The translations under genes were made by a program, and so were the position numbers. Under the pieces are notes generated by a model that was given only the letters and a program-made list of their open reading frames with translations, had not been told where the DNA came from and made no database searches. This document shows, piece by piece, positions 9,422 through 19,541 of a DNA stretch of 64,000 nucleotides. Origin of the DNA: Alphaproteobacteria bacterium (GTDB taxonomy: Bacteria; Pseudomonadota; Alphaproteobacteria; UBA828); the NCBI GenBank assembly GCA_965221125.1, contig CBDCRW010000006.1, positions 288,001 through 352,000 on the forward strand, given 5' to 3'. How positions within the stretch are numbered: position 1 is the stretch's first letter; each line of letters starts with the position of its first letter.

Positions 9422-10399
9422 TCAGGCGTGGAAGGGCCTGCGCTCGGGCGGTACGGTCGCGACCGCCGCGAAGTCGCAGTCGCGGGTTGCGTAGAACTCG
9501 ACCAGGAAGCCGTCCGGGTCGCGCAGGTAGAAGCTCCGCTTCGTGCTGTCGTCGACGCTGGCGGCGGTCGGAATGTTCCGCTCGGCGAGCGCGGCCTCGG
9601 CTTGCGCGACCGCAGCCTCGTCCGCCATCTCACAGGAGAAGTGGTGGCAGCCGTTCTGCAGGTCCCCGGCGCTCGCGAAGAGCGCGCAGTGGTAGTCGGG
9701 CGTGGCCGCCCCGCCCCGCAGGTAGGCGTAAGTGCCGTCCGCTGCCATGTAGGCGACATCGAGGCCCGCGAACGCGGTATAGAAGTCGAGCGAGCGCGCG
9801 ACGTCGTCCACCACCATCACGGCGCGCGTGGTCCGCAGCGGATGGATCGGCGCGCCGTCCACGCGCTGGTATTCCGGCGCGCGCTGCCACCTGGGCTCGG
9901 GACTCGGGGTTTCCGCAGCCGGGTCCCAGCGGGCCGAGATGTTGGGGATCGGGCCGCCACTGAAGACCGTGCGCCAGTCGTCCATCACGTCGGCGTAGAA
10001 CTCGTGGAAGACGCCGTCCGGGTCGGCCACGTAGAAGGAGTGCGAGAAGGTGTGGTCGATGGTGAGGTAGTCCTTGCAACCGGCGGCGACGGCGCGCTCG
10101 ATCGCGGCGACCAGCGCGGCCTCGTTGTCGACCTCCCAGCCGAGATGGTTGAGCCCCGGCTTCTCGAAGCCCTCCTCGATGATGACCTCGCCGTCGCGCC
10201 CCTTGAAGGGGCGGCCGATCTCCACCATGCCGACGTCGTGGTGGCTGTTGCCGTTGGAGACGAAGCCCGCGCCGGTGCCGACCTCGATGCCGACCTCTTC
10301 GAAGCCGCAGGTCTTCTCGAAGAACGCGACGGAGCGGTCCAGGTCCCGCACGCTGACGTTCGCATGGCCGAGCCGGCGCACACCGAAATTCACCGTCAT
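9422..10399 (-). CDS. Two-domain VOC family protein (extradiol dioxygenase/glyoxalase-like)
   Basis: RRLGHANVSVRDLDRS, HHDVG, NHLGWEV, YVADPDGVFHEFY; second domain FYLRDPDGFLVEFY. Confidence 0.82.
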   Translation of the reverse strand: MTVNFGVRRLGHANVSVRDLDRSVAFFEKTCGFEEVGIEVGTGAGFVSNGNSHHDVGMVEIGRPFKGRDGEVIIEEGFEKPGLNHLGWEVDNEAALVAAIERAVAAGCKDYLTIDHTFSHSFYVADPDGVFHEFYADVMDDWRTVFSGGPIPNISARWDPAAETPSPEPRWQRAPEYQRVDGAPIHPLRTTRAVMVVDDVARSLDFYTAFAGLDVAYMAADGTYAYLRGGAATPDYHCALFASAGDLQNGCHHFSCEMADEAAVAQAEAALAERNIPTAASVDDSTKRSFYLRDPDGFLVEFYATRDCDFAAVATVPPERRPFHA

Positions 10400-10501
10400 C
10401 GCCTGGGCCTCCCTGCCCGCTTCACCGCTGCGAAAACGGTATAGCCCGCACGAGGCACCGTCAATTTCGGCCGGTGCCCGTCCGGTGCGGGGCGGCCTCC
10501 G

Positions 10502-12265
10502 TTATTCCGCGCCGGCGGCGGCGTCGGCTCCGCGCAGGGCGGCGGTGGCGGCTTCGTCGAGGGTGCCGCTCTCCGAGACGGCGACCGCGTAGTCGCGCCG
10601 CGCGGCCTCGGGCGAGACCAGATCGTTCCGCACGTCGGCGGCCACGTCTTGCGGCGCGCGCTGGCGCGGGTCGCCGTAGCCGGCGCCGCCGGGCAGCACC
10701 AGCTTGAGGCGCTGGTCCGGCGGGATCGTCTGCTGACCCTTGCCGCACAGCGTCGTGCCGTCGTCGAGCGCGACGGCGCCGGGCGCGCCGTCGAGCCCGC
10801 CGCCCCGGCCCCGCGCGGGGTTCCGCACACGCTCGAACTGCGCGAGCACGCTGAAGGGCGCGCCTTCGGCGCCGCCGATCTCCATGACCTGCCCCAGCCC
10901 GCCGCGCAGCAGGCCCGCGCCGCCGGTATCTTCGGCAAGCTCCTTTCGCCAGATGACGATGGGGGCCACGGTCTCGGTGGCTTCCGCCGGGATGGTGCGC
11001 ACGCCGCTCGGGAAGGCCGTGGCGGAGAGCCCGTCCTTCGTGGGCCGCGCGCCGGCGCCGCCCGAGTTGAAGAGGGCCACCTCGAACTCCGGCGGCTCGA
11101 ACGCCGCGTTGCGCCGGGCCTCGCTGTCGATCGCCGTGGCGCCGCCGCGCAACTGCACGATCCAGAGCGAGGCCGCGCCTTCGGCCGGCACGCGCTCGGG
11201 AATCGCCTGGTGCAGGCAGCCGAACACCAGGTCCGGCAGCATGTGGCCGATGACGTGGCGGGCGGCGACGGGCCAGGGCCGCGGCACGTTGAGGATCGAG
11301 CCCTCGGGCGCGGACACGGTGAGCGGCGCGAGCGAGCCCGCGTTGTTGGGGATGTCCTTCGCCACGATGCACTTGAGGCCGAAGCTCGTGTACGCGGTGG
11401 TGTAGTTGAGCACGACGTTGATGCCGTGGTTGCTGGCGGGCGAGGTGCCGGCGAAATCGACGTGGATGCCGTCGTTCGAGATGGTCATGGCGGCGGCCAA
11501 GGTGATCGGCTCGTCGTAGCCGTCCATGGTGAGCGTGTTGCGGTACGTGCCTTTGGGCAGCTCGGCGATGGCGGCGAGCGTGGCGGCGCGCGAGCGCTCG
11601 ACGATCTCCTCGCCGAGGCCGTCGATGTCGTCGAGCCCGAACTCGTCCATCATGGCGAGCAGGCGGTCGGCGCCGGCGCGGTTGCAGGCGATCAGCGAGT
11701 GCACGTCGCCTTCGAGCTGGAGCGGCTCGCGCACGTTCCAGCGCACCATCTCCAGCAGGTCCTCGTTGATCCGGCCTTCGCGCACGAGCGGCATGATCGG
11801 GATGTAGAGGCCTTCCTCGAACACCGAGCGCGCGTCCGGCCCGAAGCCGCGTCCGCCGATATCCACCACGTGGGCGGTGCAGGCGAAGGAGCCGATGATC
11901 CGGCCCTCGCGGAACACCGGGGTTACGACCGTGAGATCGTGCAGGTGGCCGCAGGTGAGCCACGGGTCGTTGGTGATGTAGACGTCGCCCTCGCGCATGG
12001 CCTCGTTGGGGTAGCGGGCGAGGAAGTGCTGCACCGCGATCGCCATCGAGTTGACGTGGCCGGGCGTGCCGGTGACGGCTTGCGCCAGCATCCGGCCCCT
12101 GGTGTCGAAGACGCCGGCGGAGAGGTCGCCGGCCTCGCGCACGGTGGTGCTGAAGGCGGTGCGCAGCAGCGTCTGCGCCTGCTCCTCCACCACGGAGATC
12201 AGGCGGTTCCACATGATCTGCGTCTGGATCTGAGCGAGCCCGGAGTCGGTCGTGCCGTTCATCAC
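10502..12265 (-). CDS. Hydantoinase B / 5-oxoprolinase beta-type subunit
   Basis: RTAFSTTVREAGDLS, NDPWLTCGHLHD, AHVVDIGG, EEGLYIP, PGGAGYGDP. Confidence 0.92.
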   Translation of the reverse strand: MMNGTTDSGLAQIQTQIMWNRLISVVEEQAQTLLRTAFSTTVREAGDLSAGVFDTRGRMLAQAVTGTPGHVNSMAIAVQHFLARYPNEAMREGDVYITNDPWLTCGHLHDLTVVTPVFREGRIIGSFACTAHVVDIGGRGFGPDARSVFEEGLYIPIMPLVREGRINEDLLEMVRWNVREPLQLEGDVHSLIACNRAGADRLLAMMDEFGLDDIDGLGEEIVERSRAATLAAIAELPKGTYRNTLTMDGYDEPITLAAAMTISNDGIHVDFAGTSPASNHGINVVLNYTTAYTSFGLKCIVAKDIPNNAGSLAPLTVSAPEGSILNVPRPWPVAARHVIGHMLPDLVFGCLHQAIPERVPAEGAASLWIVQLRGGATAIDSEARRNAAFEPPEFEVALFNSGGAGARPTKDGLSATAFPSGVRTIPAEATETVAPIVIWRKELAEDTGGAGLLRGGLGQVMEIGGAEGAPFSVLAQFERVRNPARGRGGGLDGAPGAVALDDGTTLCGKGQQTIPPDQRLKLVLPGGAGYGDPRQRAPQDVAADVRNDLVSPEAARRDYAVAVSESGTLDEAATAALRGADAAAGAE

Positions 12266-14364
12266 GCGTCTCCTCCCTGAGCCGGCCGGCGTTCCATCAC
12301 GATCGTGCCCAAGGCATCGACCGAGGCGGAAAACGCCGCGCTCACCACGGCGGTGGTGTCAGTCTCGACGATAAGCGCGGGCCCGTCCACACGCGCGCCG
12401 GCGGAAAAGTCCGCGCGCCGGTAGAGCGTCGCCTCGACCACGCGGCCGCTGCCGGGATCGAGCACGGGCCGCACGCCTCGTGCCGGCGGCGCGGCCGATT
12501 CGGGCGCCGGCTCGACGGGGGCGACGGCTGCGGGCACGGCGCTCACGCCCACGGACCAGCTCACGATCTCGAGGTCGAGCTTCGGGATGATGCGGCCGTA
12601 TAGCGCTTCGTAGGCAGCCTCGAAGGCGTCCCGGATGATCGCGGTGTCCGCGCGCGCCCAGGTGCGGTTGGGCAGCGACACCACGACCTCGTGCCCCTGG
12701 CCGAGATAGCGCATGTAGGCGGCGCGGGTCTCCTGCATCGCGGCGCCCGGCGCCCCTTGCGCCACGATGGCGGCGGCCTCGTCCCGCATCTCCGCCAGCA
12801 CCCGGTTGGTGAGCTCGGGGTTGAATTCGCTCACCACCTGATAGGCGCTGCGGACCACCTCGTAGGCGACCGGCGCGCGCAAGAAACCCACGGCAGAGCC
12901 CACCGCCGCGGCCGTCGGGATCATGATGCGGTCCATGTCGAGCTTTTCCGCGAGCCGGGCCGCGTGCAGCGGGGCCGCGCCGCCGAAGGCGATCATGGTG
13001 CGCTCGCCGAGGGTGGCGCCGATCTCGATGGCGTGAACGCGCGCCGCGCTCGCCATGTTCTCGCCCACCATCTCGCTCACACCGAGGGCGGCCATCTGCG
13101 GCTCCAGGTCGAGCGGCGCGCCGACCGCGGCGGTGAGCGCACCCGTCGCCGCCTGCTCGTCGAGCGCGATGCGCCCGCCCGAGAATTCGGCCGGGTCGAT
13201 GCGGCCCATGGCGAGGTCGGCGTCGGTGACCGTGGGCTCCGCGCCGCCCTGGCCGTAGCAGGCGGGCCCCGGCTGGGCGCCCGCGCTCTCCGGCCCCACC
13301 GCGATGCGGCCGAGCCGGTCGACGCGGGCGATGGAGCCGCCGCCAGCGCCGATCTCCACCATCTCGATCACGGGGATGCGGAGCGGCAGCCCGCTGCCCT
13401 TGAGGAAGCGATGGGCGCGCGCGACCTCGAAGGCCCGCGTCGTCTGCGGCTGAGCATCGTCGATCAGGCAGATCTTGGCGGTGGTGCCGCCCATGTCGAA
13501 GGAGAGCACGCGGTCCAGCCCGCACTGGCGGGCGACGTGGCTCGCGAAGACGGCGCCACCCACCGGCCCGGATTCGACGAGGCGGATGGGGAAGCGGATC
13601 GCCGTCCCGATGTCGGCGACGCCGCCGCCGGAGAGCATGACGAAGAGCGGGCAGCGGAAGCCGGCGTCGCGCAAGCCCGCCTCCAGGTTGCGCAGGTAGC
13701 GCGCCATGACCGGCTGGACGTAGGCGTTGGCGCAGGCGGTGGAGAAGCGCTCGTACTCGCGCATCTCCGGCGCGACCTCGGAGGAAAGCGTGATGGCAAG
13801 CTCCGGCAGCGCGGCCTGCAGGATCTCGCGCACGCGGCGCTCGTGCGCCGGGTTGACGTAGGAGTGCAGGAGGCCGATGGCGGCGCTCTCGATCCCCTCG
13901 GCGGCGAGGCGGGCGGCCGTGGCCTCGACCGCCGCCTCGTCGAGTGCCAGGATCGGATCGCCCGCGGCGTTGAGCCGCTCAGGCACGGGGAAGCGCCACT
14001 GCCGCGGCACCAGCGGCACCGGCTTCTCCATATCGATGTCGTACTGCTCGAAGCGGCTCTCGGTCCCCATCTCGATGGAATCGCGGAAGCCCTCGGTGGT
14101 CACCAGCGCGGTGCGCGCGCCCTTGCGCTCGATCATCGCGTTGGTGGCGAGCGTGGTGCCGTGGATCACAAGCGCCACTTCGTGCGCGGAGACGCCGCAG
14201 GTCTCCATCGCCTGCGTCAGTCCCTCGCGCACCCCGTCCTCCGGCGCGTCGGGGGTCGTCAGCACCTTCGCGGTGATCCGCTCGGGCCCGCGCTCCAGCA
14301 CGATATCGGTGAAGGTGCCGCCGATATCGACGCCGATCCGGACCTCCGCGCCTGCGTCTGCCAT
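12262..14364 (-). CDS. Hydantoinase A / 5-oxoprolinase alpha-type (ATP-binding) subunit
   Basis: GVDIGGTFTD, HGTTLATNA, ESGP, DMGGTT, GAGGGSIA, GPESAGAQPGPACY; 4-bp overlap with the B subunit. Start set at ATG 14364. Confidence 0.92.
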   Translation of the reverse strand: MADAGAEVRIGVDIGGTFTDIVLERGPERITAKVLTTPDAPEDGVREGLTQAMETCGVSAHEVALVIHGTTLATNAMIERKGARTALVTTEGFRDSIEMGTESRFEQYDIDMEKPVPLVPRQWRFPVPERLNAAGDPILALDEAAVEATAARLAAEGIESAAIGLLHSYVNPAHERRVREILQAALPELAITLSSEVAPEMREYERFSTACANAYVQPVMARYLRNLEAGLRDAGFRCPLFVMLSGGGVADIGTAIRFPIRLVESGPVGGAVFASHVARQCGLDRVLSFDMGGTTAKICLIDDAQPQTTRAFEVARAHRFLKGSGLPLRIPVIEMVEIGAGGGSIARVDRLGRIAVGPESAGAQPGPACYGQGGAEPTVTDADLAMGRIDPAEFSGGRIALDEQAATGALTAAVGAPLDLEPQMAALGVSEMVGENMASAARVHAIEIGATLGERTMIAFGGAAPLHAARLAEKLDMDRIMIPTAAAVGSAVGFLRAPVAYEVVRSAYQVVSEFNPELTNRVLAEMRDEAAAIVAQGAPGAAMQETRAAYMRYLGQGHEVVVSLPNRTWARADTAIIRDAFEAAYEALYGRIIPKLDLEIVSWSVGVSAVPAAVAPVEPAPESAAPPARGVRPVLDPGSGRVVEATLYRRADFSAGARVDGPALIVETDTTAVVSAAFSASVDALGTIVMERRPAQGGDA

Positions 14365-14450
14365 AAGGGTCTCCAGCCTGAATTTGCGCGCGGAGTGTGG
14401 AGGCAAAGGCGCGCCGCGTCGAGGTCAGATCAGATGGCAGGCGGCGCCGC

Positions 14451-14792
14451 TCAGTCGCTTTCGAGTTTTTCTGCGGGCGGGAGGGTGTCGGTCACGAGGT
14501 CGCGGATCACGCGCTTGTTGCGGAGCGGCTCGAGGGTCATGGCGCCAGGCCTCAAGCGGGCGGTGCAGGCGTAGGCGGTCTCGCCGTCGATCCGCATGGT
14601 GCATTCCTTGCACACGTTCGCATTGGTGCAGCTGTAGCGGAAGGCGAGCGAGGGGTCGCGGTTCTCGCGCAGCCAGATCAGGCCGTCGAGCACCGAGGCG
14701 CCGGTCTCGTAGGGCACGTCGAAGGTTTCCGTCTCCGTGGGCCGGCCGGGGCCGCTGCGGGCGATGCGGAGCGTGGCGGTGGCGCGCGCCAT
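14451..14792 (-). CDS. Small 2Fe-2S protein resembling only the N-terminal domain of SdhB/FrdB
   Basis: MARATATLRIAR..SVLDGLIWLRENRDPSLAFRYSCTNANVCKECTMRIDGETAYAC..LEPL...VIRDLV; 113 aa; starts just after the flavoprotein stop. Confidence 0.85.
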   Translation of the reverse strand: MARATATLRIARSGPGRPTETETFDVPYETGASVLDGLIWLRENRDPSLAFRYSCTNANVCKECTMRIDGETAYACTARLRPGAMTLEPLRNKRVIRDLVTDTLPPAEKLESD

Positions 14793-14793
14793 C

Positions 14794-16482
14794 TCAGGCC
14801 GCCGCCCGGAACGCCGGCGCGAGGTCGCCGCCCGCGCGAGTGACCGTCTGGCTCCGGGCGAGCCCGGCATCGCTCTCGGGAAAATCCTCACGCTGGTGGG
14901 CGCCCCGGCTCTCGCGCCGCCGCGCGGCGGTGGCAGCGATGGCCTCGGCCACCTCCAGCCCGGCGCGGAGCGTGTACCAGTCGGCGAGCCCGGTGTCGTA
15001 GGCGCCGCAGGCAGGCACCGCGAGGCCGGGCAGCGCTTCGCTTCGCATGCGGCGGATCGCTTCCACCGTGCGGCCCAGCCCCGCGCCGTCCCGCAAGGGG
15101 CCGACCTGCTCCCACATGAGCCCGCGCAGATCGCGCGAGAGGGCGAGCGCCGATGGCCCCTCGCCCCGCGCCCCCTTCCGCTCAGTGAGCGTATCCAAGG
15201 CCGGTCGCGCGGCGCGGGGAGCCCACGCATCGGGCGTGTGCGCGGCCTCGGCTGCAGCATTGCGCCCTGCCGCGTGACCGAAGACGAGCGCCTCGGTGAT
15301 GGCGTTGCCCGAAAGCCGGTTCGCGCCGTTGGCCCCGCCCACCGCCTCGCCGGCGGCATAGAGGCCGGGCACCCGTGTCGCGAGCGTCGCGTCCACCGCG
15401 ATGCCCCCCATGTGGTAGTGCGCGATGGGCGCGACCTCCACCGGCGCGCGCGTGAGGTCGATGCCGTTCGCTTCCAGGCGGTCGATTACGGGCCCGAAGG
15501 CATCGCGTAGCGCGGCCTCGCCCACATGGGTGAACGAGAGCCAGGCGCCGCCGTGGGGCGAGCCCCGCCCGGCGCGAACCTCGTGCCAGATCGCGTGGGT
15601 GGCGAGGTCGCGCGTCGCCGTGTAGCGCCCGGCATCGGTGCCGCCGTAGCGCGGCAGAAACTCCTCCATCGCCCCGTTGAGCAGCCGCCCGCCCAGCTTG
15701 TAGCGGAAGGGGTCCCACATGATCGGGTCCATGCCGACGAGGCGCGGGAAGAGGTGGCCGATGGGGAAGAACTGCACGAACTCCATGTCGATCAGCGCGG
15801 CGCCGGCGGCGAGCGCGAAGGCGTGCCCCTCCCCCGCCATGTTGGCGGACGCGCTGGAGCGCGCGTAGAGCCCGGTCAGCCCGCCGGTCGCGATCACTGT
15901 CGCCCGCGCCGCCACGGTGACGGCACGGCCGCTCTCGATATCGAAGCCCGCGGCGCCCGTGAGCCGCCCGTCCACAAGAACCGGGTCGGTCACCACGAGG
16001 CCGGAGACGCGCCTGATCGCGTCCACCCGCGCGATGCGGCGGCGCAGCGTCGCGGCGACGGCCGGGCCGGTATTGAGGATGTCCACGTAGCAGCAGCGGC
16101 GGCGCTTGTGCCCCGGCGCGGTGACCTGGGCGATATGCCCGCCCTCCCGCGCCCAACCGACCCTCCACGAGTCCATCTCGCGGATCCGGGTCGGCCCTTC
16201 CTCGCAGAGCAGCGCGGCGAGCGCCGGATCGCAGAGCTCCCGGCCCGCCTCCAGCGTGTCCTCCAGGTGGTCGTCCACGCTGTCGGGCTCGGCCTCGCCG
16301 AGGGCGGCGGCGACGGTCATCTGCGCCATCACCGTGGCGCCGCCGCGGCCCACCATGTTGCGATCGGCCAGCACGATCCGCTCCGCGCCCGCTTCCGCCG
16401 CGGCAAGCGCCGCATACATGCCGGCCCCGCCCGCGCCGATCACGAGCACGTCGGTCTCGATATGGACGGGCGCTTCGCTCAT
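14794..16482 (-). CDS. SdhA/FrdA/NadB-family FAD-binding oxidoreductase
   Basis: DVLVIGAGGAG, IATGG, DMEFVQF, HYHMGG, GLYAAGE, GANRLSGN, RRESRGAHQREDFP; ATG 16482 after GGGAGAG. Confidence 0.9.
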   Translation of the reverse strand: MSEAPVHIETDVLVIGAGGAGMYAALAAAEAGAERIVLADRNMVGRGGATVMAQMTVAAALGEAEPDSVDDHLEDTLEAGRELCDPALAALLCEEGPTRIREMDSWRVGWAREGGHIAQVTAPGHKRRRCCYVDILNTGPAVAATLRRRIARVDAIRRVSGLVVTDPVLVDGRLTGAAGFDIESGRAVTVAARATVIATGGLTGLYARSSASANMAGEGHAFALAAGAALIDMEFVQFFPIGHLFPRLVGMDPIMWDPFRYKLGGRLLNGAMEEFLPRYGGTDAGRYTATRDLATHAIWHEVRAGRGSPHGGAWLSFTHVGEAALRDAFGPVIDRLEANGIDLTRAPVEVAPIAHYHMGGIAVDATLATRVPGLYAAGEAVGGANGANRLSGNAITEALVFGHAAGRNAAAEAAHTPDAWAPRAARPALDTLTERKGARGEGPSALALSRDLRGLMWEQVGPLRDGAGLGRTVEAIRRMRSEALPGLAVPACGAYDTGLADWYTLRAGLEVAEAIAATAARRRESRGAHQREDFPESDAGLARSQTVTRAGGDLAPAFRAAA

Positions 16483-16522
16483 CTCTCCCTGCCGCGCCCC
16501 TCGCCCGGCCGCTCCGAGCCGA

Positions 16523-17959
16523 TCAGAGCGGCGGGCGGCGCTCGTCCCAGGGCCTGGCGCGCTCGTAGTCGGCGGCGGCGCGGAAGACGCGCACGTCGTC
16601 GTAGGTGCGGCCCACGATCTGGATGCCCGTCGGCACGCCCGAGGACGCATAGCCGCTCGGCACCGCGGCGATGGGGCACTCCGGCACCAGGTTGAACGGG
16701 TAGCAGAGCTGCCACTGCACGTAGATGTCGCCCGGCCAGTTGGCGACGCTCAGCGTCTTGCCGTTGATGCGGAAATTCGTGTTCTCGATGTCGTGGTCGG
16801 CGGGCAGCGCCGGGATCGCGTTGGTCGGGCAGACGAGGATGTCGTAGGCGTCGAGGATCGGCGCCAGCGTCTCGTACATCCGGCCGCGCACCTCGTTGCA
16901 CTGGTAGAAGCGGCTCAGGCTGTGCTGGGAGCCGCGCTCCAGCAGCCGGCGCACGAAGCCCTCCATCTCGTACTTCCAGCGGGGGTAGTGGTGGCCGGCG
17001 GCGGCCCAGAAGAGGCCCTCCCAGTGCGTGGTCCAGGCGTCGAGCACGGACATGTCCCAGCCGATGTCCACCTCGTCCACCGTGCAGCCGAGGCTGCGGA
17101 AGGCGTCCAGCGCCTCGCGGGTGTTCGCCTGCACCTCCTCGTCGATTTCGTAGTAGCCGAGGTCCATGGAGAAGGCGACCTTCCAGCCCTTGATGGGCTC
17201 GAGCTCGTCCGGGATCTCGAGCTTCGGGCGCAGCGAGCAGATGTCGTCCGGGTGCGGCCCCGCCATCACGTTCTGCATCAGCGCGCCGTCGGCGACGCTC
17301 CGCGTCATGGGCCCGTAGTGGAGCAGCGATTCGCGGGGATACGCGCGGTCGATGGGGTTGCGGCCGAAGGGCGGCTTGTAGCCGAAGTGCCCACAGCAGG
17401 ACGCCGGCATGCGGATGGAGCCGCCGCCGTCGGTGCCGTCGGCGATGGTCGTCATGCCGGCCGCCACCGCCGCCGCCGCCCCGCCCGACGAGCCGCCGGG
17501 GCCGTAATCCAGGTTCCACGGGTTGCGCGTGTTGCCCCAGAGGTCGCTGCGGCAGTGCGGCGCGTGGGCCATCTCCGGCGTGGTCGTCCGCGCGTGCATG
17601 ATGGCGCCGGCCTCCAGCAGCCGCGCCACGGTCGGCGCCGAGTGCTCAGGCACGTGGTTCTCGAACATGCGCGAGCCGAAGGTCGTGATCTCGCCCTTCA
17701 CTGGATGGAAATCCTTGATGACGATGGGGATGCCTTCCAGCGGGCGTGTCTCGGTGCCCGATGCATAGCGCGCCTCGGCCTCCTTCGCCTGCTCCAGCGC
17801 GCGCTCGTAGAAGGTGTAGGTGTAGGCGTTGACCGCGGGGTTGACCGCCTCGGACCGCGCGATCACGGCGGACATGAGGTCCACCGGCGAGAGGTCGCCC
17901 GACCTGAACTTCGCCAGGGCCTCGGTTGCGGTGGTGTAGCAAAGATCGTCCGACGCCAT
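16523..17959 (-). CDS. Amidase signature family enzyme
   Basis: [32 protein letters not shown] (Ser-cisSer-Lys triad); ATG 17959 after GGAGG. Confidence 0.92.
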   Translation of the reverse strand: MASDDLCYTTATEALAKFRSGDLSPVDLMSAVIARSEAVNPAVNAYTYTFYERALEQAKEAEARYASGTETRPLEGIPIVIKDFHPVKGEITTFGSRMFENHVPEHSAPTVARLLEAGAIMHARTTTPEMAHAPHCRSDLWGNTRNPWNLDYGPGGSSGGAAAAVAAGMTTIADGTDGGGSIRMPASCCGHFGYKPPFGRNPIDRAYPRESLLHYGPMTRSVADGALMQNVMAGPHPDDICSLRPKLEIPDELEPIKGWKVAFSMDLGYYEIDEEVQANTREALDAFRSLGCTVDEVDIGWDMSVLDAWTTHWEGLFWAAAGHHYPRWKYEMEGFVRRLLERGSQHSLSRFYQCNEVRGRMYETLAPILDAYDILVCPTNAIPALPADHDIENTNFRINGKTLSVANWPGDIYVQWQLCYPFNLVPECPIAAVPSGYASSGVPTGIQIVGRTYDDVRVFRAAADYERARPWDERRPPL

Positions 17960-18015
17960 GATATCCTCCCCCTCAGCCTTTCGCGCTAGACCAACAGGAA
18001 TCCCGGCGAAGGACA

Positions 18016-19089
18016 ATGGCCGAAACGCCCATCCTGGAGTTGGACCACGTCTCCAAGCGCTTCGACCGCACGGTCGTGGCCGACGACCTGTGCCTTGGCA
18101 TCGAGAAGGGCGAATTCTTCACCTTCCTTGGCCCCAGCGGCTCGGGCAAGTCGTCCACGCTCCGCATCATCGCCGGGCTGGCCAAGCCCGACTCCGGCCG
18201 CGTGCTCATCGAAGGGAAGGACGTGAGCGCGGTCCCGCCCTGGCGGCGCAACCTCGGCATGGTGTTCCAGCAGTACGCGATCTTCCCGCACATGACGGTG
18301 GCGGAGAACGTGGCCTACGGGCTCAAGGTCAGAGGCATGGCGCGGGGCGAGCGGCAGCGCCGGGTCGAGGAGCTGGTGGACCTGGTCGGGCTCACCGGCA
18401 TGGAGAAGAAGAACGTGACGCTCTTGAGCGGCGGCGAGCAGCAGCGCGTCGCGGTGGCGCGCGCACTGGCGCCCCGGCCCGCGATCCTCCTGCTCGACGA
18501 GCCGCTGGCGGCGCTCGACGAGAAGATCCGCCGCGAGATGCAGACCGAGCTCAAGCACCTCCAGCGCGGCACGGGCACCACCTTCCTCTATGTCACCCAC
18601 GACCAAGAGGAAGCGCTCACCATGAGCGACCGCATTGCCGTGCTGAACCGGGGCGTCTGCGTGCAGTGCGACCGGCCGGAGGCGCTGTTCCGCCGGCCGC
18701 GGGCGCGCTTCGTCGCGGGCTTCTTCCGCGGCTGCAACGTGCTCGACGCCCGGCTCCTGGCGCTACGCGGGGCGGAGGCGGACATCGAGATCGCAGGGCA
18801 CACGGTGACCATCGAGCGGGGCGAGCAGCCGGAGCGTGCGCCCGGCGGCTGCGAGATCGCGGTGCGGGCCGAGAACATCCTGGTCGGCACGGCCGCCTTG
18901 AACGCACCGGTTCGCCTCGACGCGACCCTGCAGGAGATGATCTACCGCGGCACCAACGTGGACCACCACCTCGCCTTCCGCGACGGCCAGAGGGCGATCG
19001 CGACGTCCACCCGGCGCGAGCTGGAGACGGCGCCCGCCGACATCACCGTCGGCTTCCGCCGCGAGGACGTGATCCTCTTGGCTGACTGA
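18016..19089 (+). CDS. Polyamine-type ABC transporter ATP-binding protein (PotA-like)
   Basis: GPSGSGKS, LSGGEQQR, LLLDEP, YVTHDQEEALTMSDR, C-terminal TOBE-like region. Confidence 0.92.
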   Translation: MAETPILELDHVSKRFDRTVVADDLCLGIEKGEFFTFLGPSGSGKSSTLRIIAGLAKPDSGRVLIEGKDVSAVPPWRRNLGMVFQQYAIFPHMTVAENVAYGLKVRGMARGERQRRVEELVDLVGLTGMEKKNVTLLSGGEQQRVAVARALAPRPAILLLDEPLAALDEKIRREMQTELKHLQRGTGTTFLYVTHDQEEALTMSDRIAVLNRGVCVQCDRPEALFRRPRARFVAGFFRGCNVLDARLLALRGAEADIEIAGHTVTIERGEQPERAPGGCEIAVRAENILVGTAALNAPVRLDATLQEMIYRGTNVDHHLAFRDGQRAIATSTRRELETAPADITVGFRREDVILLAD

Positions 19090-19541
19090 GCTGCGTCGAT
19101 GCGTCGTCGAAGTAATATCTGGTGATGGCGTCAGGAGGTGCCGCGAGGTGTCTAAACGGAGCAATCGAAACTCCAAGCGGAGTCGACATCTGCGCTTAAG
19201 ACTATTTGACGCCGGAAATACCAAGTGCCCGATTTGCCTTTCAGAGTTCCATAGAGAGGATGTTGAGAGCGGCAAGGTTACATTGGAACACGCGCCACCT
19301 GAATCATTGAATGGCGGGATAGTTTGCCTGACATGTGAGCGGTGTAACAATAACGCCAGCCGAATAGATCACCACGCGTTCCTGTCAAAGAAAGCAACAG
19401 ACGAATGGTCGTCGGGTCAAGGGGTTAACGTGGAGGTAGATTTTTTTGGGCGTATAATCTCGTCTCGCTTTATTCCTGATGACCCAAAGTCCCCACTTCC
19501 AGTTCGGGGACGTGATCTACGGCAGGGCTCAATTAAGCTAG

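Noticed and set aside
14451-16482. Calling these genes sdhAB or nadB
   Set aside because: Covalent-FAD His and key dicarboxylate-site residues are changed, the Fe-S subunit is short, and there are no anchors or nadA/nadC.
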